From Candidatus Bathyarchaeia archaeon (GTDB taxonomy: Archaea; Thermoproteota; Bathyarchaeia; Bathyarchaeales; Bathycorpusculaceae), in NCBI GenBank assembly GCA_038883775.1, contig JAVZLM010000002.1, positions 1 to 64,000 of the forward strand: 64,000 bases of DNA, given 5' to 3'. Under the pieces are notes generated by a model. It saw nothing but the letters and a program-made list of their open reading frames with translations. It was not told the DNA's origin and did not search any database. This document shows positions 1 through 10,245 of this stretch, one piece after another (the stretch's first letter is position 1; each line of letters starts with the position of its first letter). The position numbers were made by a program, and so were the translations under genes.

Positions 1-530
<530 letters not shown>

Positions 531-741
531 CTCATGTGGTGTCTGGACGATATTTCACAGGGTGAATTGTGAAAAGGCTTGTGCATGGTGATTAATTTGT
601 ATTTTTCAAAATTTTTATGAAATTGATTATTATTCTAATTCTGAATCCGACTTTCGATGAATAAGAGTTAAGAATTTGGCTTTTTACTTGAACTTAATAA
701 ACTATTTATAAACACTTGTTTTAAATGAACCACACAAAAGT

Positions 742-2319
742 TTGGAGGGAATAAAAATAAAGAAATCAACCATAACTAAAGCAATAATGCTACTACTTTT
801 AATAAGCATGAACTTCTTAGCGAAAGTGCAATTCAGCAACGCTGCAACCACTACAACCTATTCACCTTCATTGATTGCTGAGTTGGGTGAGGCTTCCACA
901 GTGCTTATTTACTCGCAGATTGACGCCAACATCAAAGTGTACTATCCCAATATTTACTGGGAACCTTTGACGACATATTTCCTTGTTCCCGTAAGCGTAT
1001 GGGCAGTGGGTTCCGGATTCTTCGTCAGCGCAGACGGTTATATAGTCACTGCTGGACATGTGATTTTCTGTTTTACCCACAAAGACATAACACAAGACTT
1101 GTACACAAAATATTTCTTAATTGAAACAGCCTTTTACAATATAGTTCAAGAACTCGAAGAGGCTGGTTACTATTTCACCACTGAAGAGTTAGAGTTGCTT
1201 TGGAATTACATGATGGCTTATGGAGAAATAAAAGATTCTCTTCGGCAAATCTATGCTGTTCTTGGCGAAGTTAGACCGACGCTGACTGATGTGGAAAGTA
1301 AGGGTTGGGTTGCCCGTATAATAGATGTAAGCCCCTTCTATGAAAGGGACATAGCATTATTGAAAATTGAACCGCCGTCAAACTACTGTCCCGTATTGCT
1401 CATGGGTGACTCATCGGCTGTCACCACTGGTTCTAATGTTTACTCTTTCGGATTCGCTGATGTCACAGTTTTCGCAGAGGAATTGGGAGTTGAAACTTTG
1501 CTGGCTCCGTCCATGAAAGAGGGAAGAATAAGTCAAAAACGGTTGACAAGCACTCAGACGCCATGCTTCGAAACAAGCGCCAGCCTCACTTATGGAATGA
1601 GCGGTGGACCAGGCTTAAACGATAAAGGCGAAGTTATCGGCATTTGCAGCATGGGAGCAGTGCGCGAAGGAATTCAAGTTGCAGGGTTTAATTTCTTGAT
1701 TGAGAGCAATGTTGCAAACAGCATTTTAGAGGAGGCAAACGTGAAAAGCAAAAATAAACGAGGTCCGGTTGATGAGGCATTCCTTCAAGGCTTGCAATAT
1801 TTTTATGACAAGCATTATTCGGCTGCCAAGCAGAAATTTGATGTTTGCACTGGGCTTTTTGATTATCACTGGCGAGCCAAAGCCTTAATAAAAGAATGTA
1901 ACGCAGCAATCGCCCGCGGAGAAGATGTTCCACTTCCAAGCGCAACAATAACACCACTAACATCATCAATAACATTGGGTCAATCAGTAAGCCTAACAGG
2001 TTCAGTAAGCGGTGGAGCCTCACCATACACTTATCAATGGTATGTTAATGGAACAGCCATATCAGGCGCAACCTCAAGTAGCTTGACCTTCACGCCAACA
2101 AGCAGTGGCACATACGAAATCTACCTTAACATAACAGATGCGGATGGATACACAGCCAAATCAGGAACGGCGATCATAAATGTCCTACAAGCTCAAGGTC
2201 CAACATTAGGCGATGCATGGGTAATAATTTTAGTGCTTATTGTAGTGGTGGGCGCGGTGGCAGCAATTGCAATACTATTAGTGACCAGAAAGAAAATGCC
2301 TTCAACCAGCAACGTATAG
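742..2319 (+). CDS. Membrane-anchored trypsin-like (S1) serine protease with TPR-like helix and C-terminal Ig/PKD-like domain
   Basis: Signal peptide; GSGFFV, TAGH, DIALL and GMSGGP catalytic motifs; YTYQWYVNG Ig-like repeat; C-terminal TM helix plus RKK. Confidence 0.88.
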   Translation: MEGIKIKKSTITKAIMLLLLISMNFLAKVQFSNAATTTTYSPSLIAELGEASTVLIYSQIDANIKVYYPNIYWEPLTTYFLVPVSVWAVGSGFFVSADGYIVTAGHVIFCFTHKDITQDLYTKYFLIETAFYNIVQELEEAGYYFTTEELELLWNYMMAYGEIKDSLRQIYAVLGEVRPTLTDVESKGWVARIIDVSPFYERDIALLKIEPPSNYCPVLLMGDSSAVTTGSNVYSFGFADVTVFAEELGVETLLAPSMKEGRISQKRLTSTQTPCFETSASLTYGMSGGPGLNDKGEVIGICSMGAVREGIQVAGFNFLIESNVANSILEEANVKSKNKRGPVDEAFLQGLQYFYDKHYSAAKQKFDVCTGLFDYHWRAKALIKECNAAIARGEDVPLPSATITPLTSSITLGQSVSLTGSVSGGASPYTYQWYVNGTAISGATSSSLTFTPTSSGTYEIYLNITDADGYTAKSGTAIINVLQAQGPTLGDAWVIILVLIVVVGAVAAIAILLVTRKKMPSTSNV

Positions 2320-2407
2320 CCATTTTCCACATCCCCTTTTCATTTTTAGGAATTCTCCTTCTCTGCAAAATCCTTAATAGTTTTTTATTCCGTTTACTCT
2401 TTCACAA

Positions 2408-2482
2408 GGGCCGGTAGATCAGCCTGGAATGATCGCCACGTTGGCATCGTGGAGGCCGCGGGTTCAAATCCCGCCCGGTCCA
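2408..2482 (+). tRNA. tRNA-Ala(GGC), no intron, CCA not encoded
   Basis: Acceptor GGGCCGG/CCGGTCC with G3:U70; anticodon arm CCACG-TTGGCAT-CGTGG; T-loop TTCAAAT. Confidence 0.96.
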
Positions 2483-2680
2483 TCAACTAAAAAGAATACA
2501 CCATTTTAGATTGCAGATGTTTTCTTCTTTTGAAAATAGGATGTATTTTAACTCTCTGTGTATAACAGTTTTAATTTTCAATAAGTATGGATATGTCTTC
2601 ATGTGGATAAGTTTTAAGGATTCGCTATGCTTATTTATAAAGAAAGGCATTTAATATGTCAGAGGAAAGGTAGAAAAGCC

Positions 2681-3250
2681 ATGTCCAAAAAAGCCCCATC
2701 GAAAGACGAGGCTTTCGAAGCCCTAGACTTCATAATCAACGTTCTAAAAGAGCATGAGAAGGACTTGGACAGACTAATAAACGAGTTGGGAAACATAACC
2801 GAAAGGTTGGGCGATGCTGGCGAATTAAGCGGCAAAATAGAGAAGGTGGAAGAGAGGTTAACCGCATTACAGAATGAAATAACAGGCTTGATAACTTACT
2901 TATCAACATCCCGCGAAGCTTCCGCAACTGCGGCACCGCCACTACCAGCGCCACCGGCACCAGAACAAAAACTGGAAACCTTACAAGTTAGGGAGGTGCG
3001 GGGACCACCAGTAATTTTGCGCTGTAAGCAATGGGAAGACTTCCAAACCTTAGCTCACCAAGCCCAAACATTATCCTTCCTTTACCGAGAAGCCGAAAAA
3101 ACCTTTCAAGCGGACGCCTTAAAGGACAATCAAATCATAACCTACAGCGGCGAACTTCCAAAGCCAACGGCTTTATTAAAAACTTGGCTTTCGAAGCAGT
3201 TGGAGATTCCGGAAAAGAAGATTTTGGAAGGAATTTTGGCTATAGGCTAA
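2681..3250 (+). CDS. Hypothetical protein: N-terminal coiled coil, Pro-rich linker, small C-terminal alpha/beta domain (start reassigned from 2627)
   Basis: ORF with heptad pattern LKEHEKDLDRLINEL...; purine-rich RBS-like stretch before ATG 2681. Confidence 0.75.
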   Translation: MSKKAPSKDEAFEALDFIINVLKEHEKDLDRLINELGNITERLGDAGELSGKIEKVEERLTALQNEITGLITYLSTSREASATAAPPLPAPPAPEQKLETLQVREVRGPPVILRCKQWEDFQTLAHQAQTLSFLYREAEKTFQADALKDNQIITYSGELPKPTALLKTWLSKQLEIPEKKILEGILAIG

Positions 3251-3494
3251 AGCGTATATTTGATGTTTGTATGTTCGTTTTATTCAGTAATGCTTTTATA
3301 GATGTAAAGCGTCTTAAGTCTTACGATGCAGTATGGAGGGCTGAGGTTGAAGGCTAAACCACCAGCAGCCAAGAATCGGTTTTTCCGTTTTTCGAAGCCT
3401 TCTCCTTTCTCCTCGATGACGGAAATGGCTGCATGAGGTTAGCCAAAAAACAATGAAAGCCCTTCACTCCAAGCGCATATGAGGCTTGACATGA

Positions 3495-3641
3495 ATGAGC
3501 GAAAAAGAACAATACCTTCAAAAAATCAACGAAGAATTTGTGAAGTTCGCAAGGATGATGGAAGAACTGCACTTTCTTAGATATGTGGCTAAAGACCTTA
3601 AAAACTTCAGGGAAATGATAAAACTAAGAAAATACGATTAA
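3495..3641 (+). CDS. Small helical protein, 48 aa (MSEKEQYLQKINEEF...KLRKYD), absent from the ORF track
   Basis: Open frame ATG 3495 to TAA 3641; GAGG upstream; amphipathic helical composition. Confidence 0.5.
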   Translation: MSEKEQYLQKINEEFVKFARMMEELHFLRYVAKDLKNFREMIKLRKYD

Positions 3642-3697
3642 CCATTTAAGAATAAAATCCTTAAATCCTTCATCAACATCTTTTAAAAAGGAAAGCC

Positions 3698-5122
3698 ATG
3701 AAAGCCTCAGCGGAAAATTTGCATTTCTTTAACACTTTAACCCGCAAAAAGGAAAGGTTCATCCCTTTGGAGAAAGGAAAGGTTAAAATGTACACTTGCG
3801 GACCCACAGTTTGGGATTTTGCCCACATAGGAAACTTTAGAGCCTTTATTTTTGAAGATTTGCTTAGGAGATGGCTGGAATACTGTGGTTTCAAAGTGAC
3901 GCAGGTGATGAACCTTACAGACGTGGATGATAGGACCATTGAGGCTTCCCGTAAGCTTGGTATTCCGCTTAAGGAGCATACGGCACGCTTTATCCAAGCC
4001 TTTTTTGAAGACATAACCACATTGAACATTGAGAAAGCGGAGTTTTATCCAAGGGCTACAGAACACATTCCAGAAATGGTCTCATTAATTAAAAAACTGA
4101 TGGAGAAGGGCTACGCCTACAAAGCTGAAGATGGTTCAATTTACTATGACATTTCAAAGTTTAAGGATTATGGAAAACTTTCAAAATTTAAAGTTAAAGA
4201 GCTTAAAGTAGGCGCTAGAGTGAAGGTGCAAGAGTATGCGAAAGAGGAAGCTTGCGATTTCGCCTTGTGGAAGGCTTGGGATGAGGAGGACGGCGACGTT
4301 TTTTGGGAAACCGAATTGGGAAAGGGAAGGCCTGGATGGCATATTGAATGTTCAACAATGGCAATGAAATATTTGGGTGAAACAATAGACATTCACAGTG
4401 GCGGAGTTGACCTAATTTTTCCTCACCATGAAAACGAGATTGCCCAAAGCGAAGCCGCCACGGGCAAAAAGTTCGTGAATTATTGGCTTCACAACGAACA
4501 CTTGCTTGTTGAAGGAAGGCGCATGGCAAAAAGATTTGGAAACTACTACACTTTAAGGGATTTAATTAAAATGGGTTACGACCCAAAGGCTGTTCGCTTT
4601 CTGCTCATATCAACCCATTATCGGCAACAGCTAAACTTCACCTTTGAAGGATTAAAAGCAGCAAAAAGTGCTGTCGACCGTCTAACAAATTTTGTTTATC
4701 GACTTTTGGATGCAAATGGAAAAGGCTGTGGAGAAAAGATAAAGGAACTCATGCGCAGTGTAGAAAGGGATTTTGAAGAAGCCATGGACGACGACCTAAA
4801 CATAGGCATCGCATTGGCAGCCCTGTTCAATTTTGTATCAGAAGTGAACAAGCTTATGGATGATAACATGCTAAGCAAAGAAGAAGCAATGGAAGTTTAC
4901 AATTTAATGATGAGTTTTGACAAGGTTTTAGGCGTCATAGGCGAGGTTAAGAAGGAAGAAAAACTGTCAAAGGAAGCGGAAGAACTAATCCGAAAAAGGG
5001 AAGAAGCAAGAAAAGCAAAAGACTGGCAAACTGCAGATAAAATTCGAGAACAGCTTAAAGCCATGGGCATAATAATTGAGGATACTCCTCAAGGTGTAAA
5101 ATGGAGAATTGAAAAGACGTAA
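3698..5122 (+). CDS. cysS: Cysteine--tRNA ligase
   Basis: MYTCGPTV, HIGN, GRPGWHIEC, DLIFPHHENE; KMSKS-equivalent RMAKR; ADKIRxxL anticodon domain. Confidence 0.98.
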   Translation: MKASAENLHFFNTLTRKKERFIPLEKGKVKMYTCGPTVWDFAHIGNFRAFIFEDLLRRWLEYCGFKVTQVMNLTDVDDRTIEASRKLGIPLKEHTARFIQAFFEDITTLNIEKAEFYPRATEHIPEMVSLIKKLMEKGYAYKAEDGSIYYDISKFKDYGKLSKFKVKELKVGARVKVQEYAKEEACDFALWKAWDEEDGDVFWETELGKGRPGWHIECSTMAMKYLGETIDIHSGGVDLIFPHHENEIAQSEAATGKKFVNYWLHNEHLLVEGRRMAKRFGNYYTLRDLIKMGYDPKAVRFLLISTHYRQQLNFTFEGLKAAKSAVDRLTNFVYRLLDANGKGCGEKIKELMRSVERDFEEAMDDDLNIGIALAALFNFVSEVNKLMDDNMLSKEEAMEVYNLMMSFDKVLGVIGEVKKEEKLSKEAEELIRKREEARKAKDWQTADKIREQLKAMGIIIEDTPQGVKWRIEKT

Positions 5123-5180
5123 AATTGGCAAGGCTTATAAAGGATTAAGGCTTCTTTAGGCGAGTAAGGCTGGTTCAAAA

Positions 5181-5417
5181 ATGAGGGGACAAGGAGCCAT
5201 AGTATTCATCGCAGTTTTCTTAATTCTACTATTGGCAACATTAGCCTTTTCAGCAATCCCTCCAGGAGAAATGCTTTATGAACGTTTGGGAGTTCCGAAA
5301 ACTGACTATCCAGTGTTAGGTATTCCAGCCACAATTTTGGTGATAGCAGTTTTTAATGGAGTTATTTATGGCGTCATTATATGGCTGGTATCCACTTTCG
5401 TCAGGAAACTAAAATAA
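5181..5417 (+). CDS. Small two-TM membrane protein
   Basis: Two hydrophobic segments; fills the intergenic gap. Confidence 0.7.
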   Translation: MRGQGAIVFIAVFLILLLATLAFSAIPPGEMLYERLGVPKTDYPVLGIPATILVIAVFNGVIYGVIIWLVSTFVRKLK

Positions 5418-5489
5418 AATCGATGTAAAAGCCTCATTTTTGACTAAACTCAGCTAATGTAAAGCCTATGTTCAAATATTGAAAAGCCT

Positions 5490-6857
5490 TTACTTTCGGA
5501 AAAGCGTCATTGCTAAACAATGTGGACCACCCATTCCGAAGCTAAGTTGGGGAGCAGTAAATGTTAATACTTTTATACCATGATTTTTAAGGGCGTTCAA
5601 GGTAGCTTTATTCTCATCGTAAGCTATCACCACACCTTTTCTTAATGGTAAAACGTTTGCAGCTTGAAAACGAAATTCTCTAAGTACAGCATCTATATAC
5701 TCATAAGTATTTGGGTAATCTTCGGGGGAACCACCAACAGTTATGATTTCGTCTTTATTCAACTTGTCGTCCTCAACTAAAGCTTTTAAGAAATCTTTTT
5801 TCGTCTCAGCTTTCTTTCCCCTTCTTAAAACGGTACATTTTCCAATGTTTTTAATATCTTTTAGAGATGGCACTGGCGAAACCTGTCTTCTTAAAATTGA
5901 AGGTTTTGTTCCTTCTTTTTTCATTTCCGTAATTGCGTCTTTCCTCGTTATTTTCATGATATTGTATAAAATTTGCTTTAGATGGGTTCTAAAAGTTGGA
6001 AGAACCGTTACAACTTTATTGTTGTCTACAAAATTGAAGAATGAATCAAGATGAATCCATAGTGCGTTAAGAATATTTGGTGTTTTACGTTTCGGAGCAT
6101 CGAGCATGCTTGGCATATTGACGCTATAGACTGTTTTCACATTAGAATTTTCATATAATAGTTTGGCTAAATGTTCAACAGCGTTTCTTGTAGTCCTTCC
6201 GCCGGTTCCCACAGCAATGGCTTCCTCGTCTATTGGAATCACATCCCCTCCTTGAAGAAATAATTTCTCCTTAAGCGAGAAATCTTCAAGAATGGTAAGA
6301 TTCTTTTGAAATTCAGGATGCCATTTATAAATTGCTTTTACTACGCCGGTTTCATTTTTTCTTCGTGCAAATAATCCATTGTAATGGGATATTACAAGTC
6401 CCCCCTGTGTAACAACTGAGAAATCTCGCGCCCAAATCAATGAACCTATGGGTTTAATAATAAGTTCCGAGTCCATCACATATTTAAACGGGTGAACACG
6501 TCCGAGGATGTGGTCGGCGGTTATTTCCTCATCAGCTAAAAATTTACGAATTTTTGAGTATCTTTCCTCTCCAAATACTTCCAAAAGAAATTGACTTCTT
6601 TCTTTTTTATCCACTTTATTTAAAATATCATTTAATAACTCTTCAATGAAGTAAATTTTTGTGTCGCTATTTTCTTTTATTAACTTAACGTACTCTTGAT
6701 GTTCACAAGCAGCTCTTGCTCCGCGTGGAAAAGCAATCGCACCCCAAGGACTGGTGAGCGCGAGAGAAACCCATTCATTTTCTTTACCAGGTTTATGAAG
6801 CAATACCGCTCTTAGCGGATCAATATCCGACATTATTTTCCAAGACATGAGCTGCAC
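5490..6857 (-). CDS. Arginine deiminase/amidinotransferase (pentein) family protein, divergent
   Basis: VLLHKPGKE, WARD, QGGD, HLDS and C-terminal GGPHCL motifs. Confidence 0.85.
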   Translation of the reverse strand: MQLMSWKIMSDIDPLRAVLLHKPGKENEWVSLALTSPWGAIAFPRGARAACEHQEYVKLIKENSDTKIYFIEELLNDILNKVDKKERSQFLLEVFGEERYSKIRKFLADEEITADHILGRVHPFKYVMDSELIIKPIGSLIWARDFSVVTQGGLVISHYNGLFARRKNETGVVKAIYKWHPEFQKNLTILEDFSLKEKLFLQGGDVIPIDEEAIAVGTGGRTTRNAVEHLAKLLYENSNVKTVYSVNMPSMLDAPKRKTPNILNALWIHLDSFFNFVDNNKVVTVLPTFRTHLKQILYNIMKITRKDAITEMKKEGTKPSILRRQVSPVPSLKDIKNIGKCTVLRRGKKAETKKDFLKALVEDDKLNKDEIITVGGSPEDYPNTYEYIDAVLREFRFQAANVLPLRKGVVIAYDENKATLNALKNHGIKVLTFTAPQLSFGMGGPHCLAMTLFRK

Positions 6858-6984
6858 CCAAAGACTCTTTCGTTATTATTTGCACTTTGATATAAGTTTT
6901 GGTGTTGAAAAATTGAAGGAAAACGTAATAGGGTTCAGCAAATCCGTAAATTCTAAAAGTGTATGATGCATTATTTATTGAGGG

Positions 6985-7476
6985 ATGAAATTGAAGGTTA
7001 AAAAGGCTGAAAGTAGGTCAAGAAGCTTTGTTTTTCGTTTAAGAACCGGTGAGTATGAAGTTGAAATTTGTGGGACCCGAGAGGAGGTTTTGAAGACAAT
7101 TGAAAACCTGCCTAGTTTGGCTGCAAATTTGCATAGGGCTTTTGAGGGTTTGAAACCAAAGACTGTGGCAACGCTTACTGTGAAGGCGGCGGCTGAGGGT
7201 TCTAAGGATGAAGCCCTAGTACAAAAGTATCCTAAGATTCTGCGGACTGAAAAGTGTGATGAGGCTATTTTGCGAATCCTTGAAACGGATTGGGGGAAGT
7301 GGCGTCCCCGCACAGTTGAAGAGTTGAGAGAAGCTTTAAAGGCTAATGGGCTTTCTTACCCCGGAAATAGTTTGACGAGGGTTTTGACGGGGCTTGTTAA
7401 AAAGGGATTGGTGAGGCATTGGAAGACTGACGCTGGTTATGTCTATATCCTTGCTGAAAAAGAAGTTTTAACTTGA
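6985..7476 (+). CDS. Hypothetical winged-helix protein (triad gene 1)
   Basis: N-terminal beta-beta-alpha segment; C-terminal TVEELREAL...LTGLVKKGLV...YVY winged-helix pattern. Confidence 0.75.
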   Translation: MKLKVKKAESRSRSFVFRLRTGEYEVEICGTREEVLKTIENLPSLAANLHRAFEGLKPKTVATLTVKAAAEGSKDEALVQKYPKILRTEKCDEAILRILETDWGKWRPRTVEELREALKANGLSYPGNSLTRVLTGLVKKGLVRHWKTDAGYVYILAEKEVLT

Positions 7477-7486
7477 AAAGAGGAAA

Positions 7487-7963
7487 ATGCTAATGAAAAA
7501 GGTTAAGGCTCGAATTAGAACTCCTTTCGGAGAAATTGTGGTTGAAGGTGAAAGCCCACAAGAAATTCTCAGCATGTTAGAGACTTTTCCAGAGAATTTC
7601 ATGGAGAAAGTTTCGAATGCTGTTTCAAGTAAGCTTGTTCCCTCTACTGCTCAGCTTAAGGGTATAGTGGAATTCACTACGGAAGGCCCCGTGGTAATCA
7701 CTCGTGAGAATCTTACGCATTATGAAGCCATAGGTTTAGTTTTGTATGCCTCGGATGAACACAAGAATACGGCTTCGCAAATACAGAAGCTTTTAGAGTC
7801 TAGCGGAATAAAATGTATGGTTCCCGCACGCTTGAATGAAATGACTAAACGTGGTCAGGTTTTTAAGCCGGACCCAGCTAAGCCCGAGTTTAAGTTAACT
7901 ATTCAGGGCGAAAGATGGATTGAGGATGAAGTTTTGGCTAGGCTCAGAGGTAAAATGGCTTGA
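7487..7963 (+). CDS. Hypothetical winged-helix protein (triad gene 2)
   Basis: ARLNEMTKRGQV...FKLTIQG winged-helix pattern; 10-bp gap to gene 1. Confidence 0.75.
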   Translation: MLMKKVKARIRTPFGEIVVEGESPQEILSMLETFPENFMEKVSNAVSSKLVPSTAQLKGIVEFTTEGPVVITRENLTHYEAIGLVLYASDEHKNTASQIQKLLESSGIKCMVPARLNEMTKRGQVFKPDPAKPEFKLTIQGERWIEDEVLARLRGKMA

Positions 7964-8469
7964 GTGGTGAAATGGATAAGATTACGGTTCAAGTTAAATT
8001 TAGAGATGCTGAAAAAACGTTTAGCGGCAACCTAGAAGAGGTTTGGCTTAGCTTAAACAAGTTTTTCGGCGAGTTTATTCCTTCTTTTGAAATTGCAAAG
8101 AAACTTATGCTTAGTGTGGATTTGCAGAAGCTTGTAAAAGATTGTGAGGGCTTAATTGCCTTTTCTATGGAGGGAGTGAACTTGTTGGTTTCTAAAGATA
8201 AGCTTACGGACAATGAAACATTGTTATTATTACTTTTAGCCAAAACGGTGGGTTTTCAACTCGGCTTAGTTGAAAGTGATTGTGTTTCTAAAGAGGAGTT
8301 GCAAGCGAAACTTGGGAAAAGTGGGAAGATTACCAGTACGAGACTTGGTGAACTGGTTAAAAATGATATGGTTGCAAAAATTGAAGATAAATACAAAATT
8401 ACAACTTTTGGCTTGGTGCAAGCGCAGAAAGAAATTATCCCAAAAATTAAGGCGAAAATTGACGGCTAA
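7960..8469 (+). CDS. Hypothetical winged-helix protein (triad gene 3)
   Basis: TRLGELVKNDMV...YKITTFG winged-helix pattern; start overlaps or abuts the stop of gene 2. Confidence 0.75.
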   Translation: MSGEMDKITVQVKFRDAEKTFSGNLEEVWLSLNKFFGEFIPSFEIAKKLMLSVDLQKLVKDCEGLIAFSMEGVNLLVSKDKLTDNETLLLLLLAKTVGFQLGLVESDCVSKEELQAKLGKSGKITSTRLGELVKNDMVAKIEDKYKITTFGLVQAQKEIIPKIKAKIDG

Positions 8470-8729
8470 ATTGTTTTAATTTTTGTTGTTACACCTTTTG
8501 GTTTGGTGAGGCTTCAAGTTTTTGTATAAGCGAGACCAAAAAGTATTGATGCAAAATTCCATCAAAGAATGGAATAAGACTTATGATGCTTGTTGGGTTC
8601 AGGAACCAGCGATGGAGGAATAATAATTCCCGTAAAGCATAAAAGATTTTTTGGATGATATATTTTGGATGATATATATTGAGAAGGAAGACAATTTGTT
8701 GCCAAAGTTTGTAGTTATTTTTTAGAGGG

Positions 8730-9985
8730 ATGGGAATGGTCGGTAGAGTCGTTTTAGTGATTTTGCTGGCTTTGTTTTTAATAGGCGCTTTAGCTTTGAC
8801 ATTCAACGTTCGGGAGGCTGAAAGTGATTGGAATGGAACAGTTTATATTAGGGCTGATGGAAGCGTAGATCCGCCAGACGCCCCAATTGTAACGTTTGAT
8901 AATGTGACGTATACTTTAACAGATAACATTACAAGTTCTGGCGACGGTATTATAGTGGAGAGAGACAACATAATCATTGACGGATCTGGATACACCATTC
9001 AAGGTTTAAAAGTATATCCGAACAAGGGGATAGTTCTTTCCAAAAAAATATGACGGTCACGAACACCAAAATAATGACTTTTTTCTATGCAATTTATCTA
9101 AACGATTCCTCCTACAACGAAATAAGATTCAACAATTTAACAAACAATATGGTAGGCATCCATTTTGAGTCATACTCCTTTTACAACAGTATAAGTGGGA
9201 ATAACATAACAAACAATGAACTTGGCATTGAGCTTGCGTTTTCTTCCAAAAACAGGTTTTTCCACAACAACATCATCAACAACACTCAACAGGTTGAGAT
9301 TGACCCGCCAAACTACGTCAACTATTGGGATGATGGCTATCCTTCTGGCGGAAACTACTGGAGCGACTACACGGGCGAAGACTTGTACGGCGGCCCCTAC
9401 CAGAACGAAACTTGGAGCGACTGTATAGGTGACACACCATACATCATTAACGCTAACAACACTGACAGGTATCCATTGACGAAAACCAAGCGCGCGCCTG
9501 CTGAAATTGTGCTTTCCAAAACAATCATAGGGAAAGGCAATAGCATGCCTGTTAACGTAACAGTGGTGAATAAGGGCGACTCCACAGAAACCTTCAACGT
9601 CATACTATACGCAAACACCACAGCAGTCAACCGCACCGAGGTAACCTTGACAAGCGGTTCATACGCAATCATAACCCTAACATGGAACACCTCCAGCTTC
9701 GCTAAGGGCAACTACACAATAAGGGCTTATGTGTGGCCCGCTCTAGGCGAAACAAGCATAGAAGACACCACCGCCACATACAGCGTCATTACAGTAACTA
9801 TCCCAGGCGACGGCGGCTGTGACGGAGACATAGACATCTACGACGTTGTCCTGATAACAAGCATATACGGCCTAAAAATGGGAGATGCAAACTATAACCC
9901 AAACGTTGACTGGCTAGACGACGGCATAATAAACATTTACGACGTGGTAACAGCAACAAGCAGATACGGACAAAAAGACCCATAA
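8730..9985 (+). pseudogene. Secreted NosD/CASH beta-helix + CARDB + dockerin-like surface protein, split by a frameshift at A7 (9042-9048)
   Basis: ORF 8730-9053 (signal peptide, YIRADGSVDP) and ORF 9050-9985 (NNITNN repeats, WDDGYPSGGNYWSDY, GDGxxDGDIDIYD dockerin-like) join if one A is added. Confidence 0.8.
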
Positions 9986-10245
9986 TGTATTAAGCCAAAA
10001 TTTATTTAATTAAGAAGTTATTATAGAAATTCCCTTCATCTGGGTTACAAGCTAAAATTTTGAATTTACCTTTTACCGCACTTTTACAAGTTCATCATGT
10101 GCTATACTACCCGTTTTCTAACATAATTTCAATTTTCAAAGCTCACTACATCAACGAAAATGCGACTTTTATATTTTTATGGGATAACTTCCGGTTTTAC
10201 GCAAATAATTTAAGTATAAAATAATATACTTAAACACTTCTTGGG

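Noticed and set aside
531-740. Possible 5S rRNA or tRNA downstream of 23S
   Set aside because: No 5S or cloverleaf motifs; looks like a processing stem followed by AT-rich terminator/promoter DNA
3031-3572. ORFs 3031-3357 (+) and 3354-3572 (-)
   Set aside because: They overlap better-supported frames and have no RBS or motifs
8560-8640. ATGATG box C-like word suggesting an sRNA
   Set aside because: No D or D' box at the proper spacing and no terminal stem
9990-10240. Long intergenic gap with ATGATGA on the minus strand
   Set aside because: No matching CTGA, no att copy and no credible ORF
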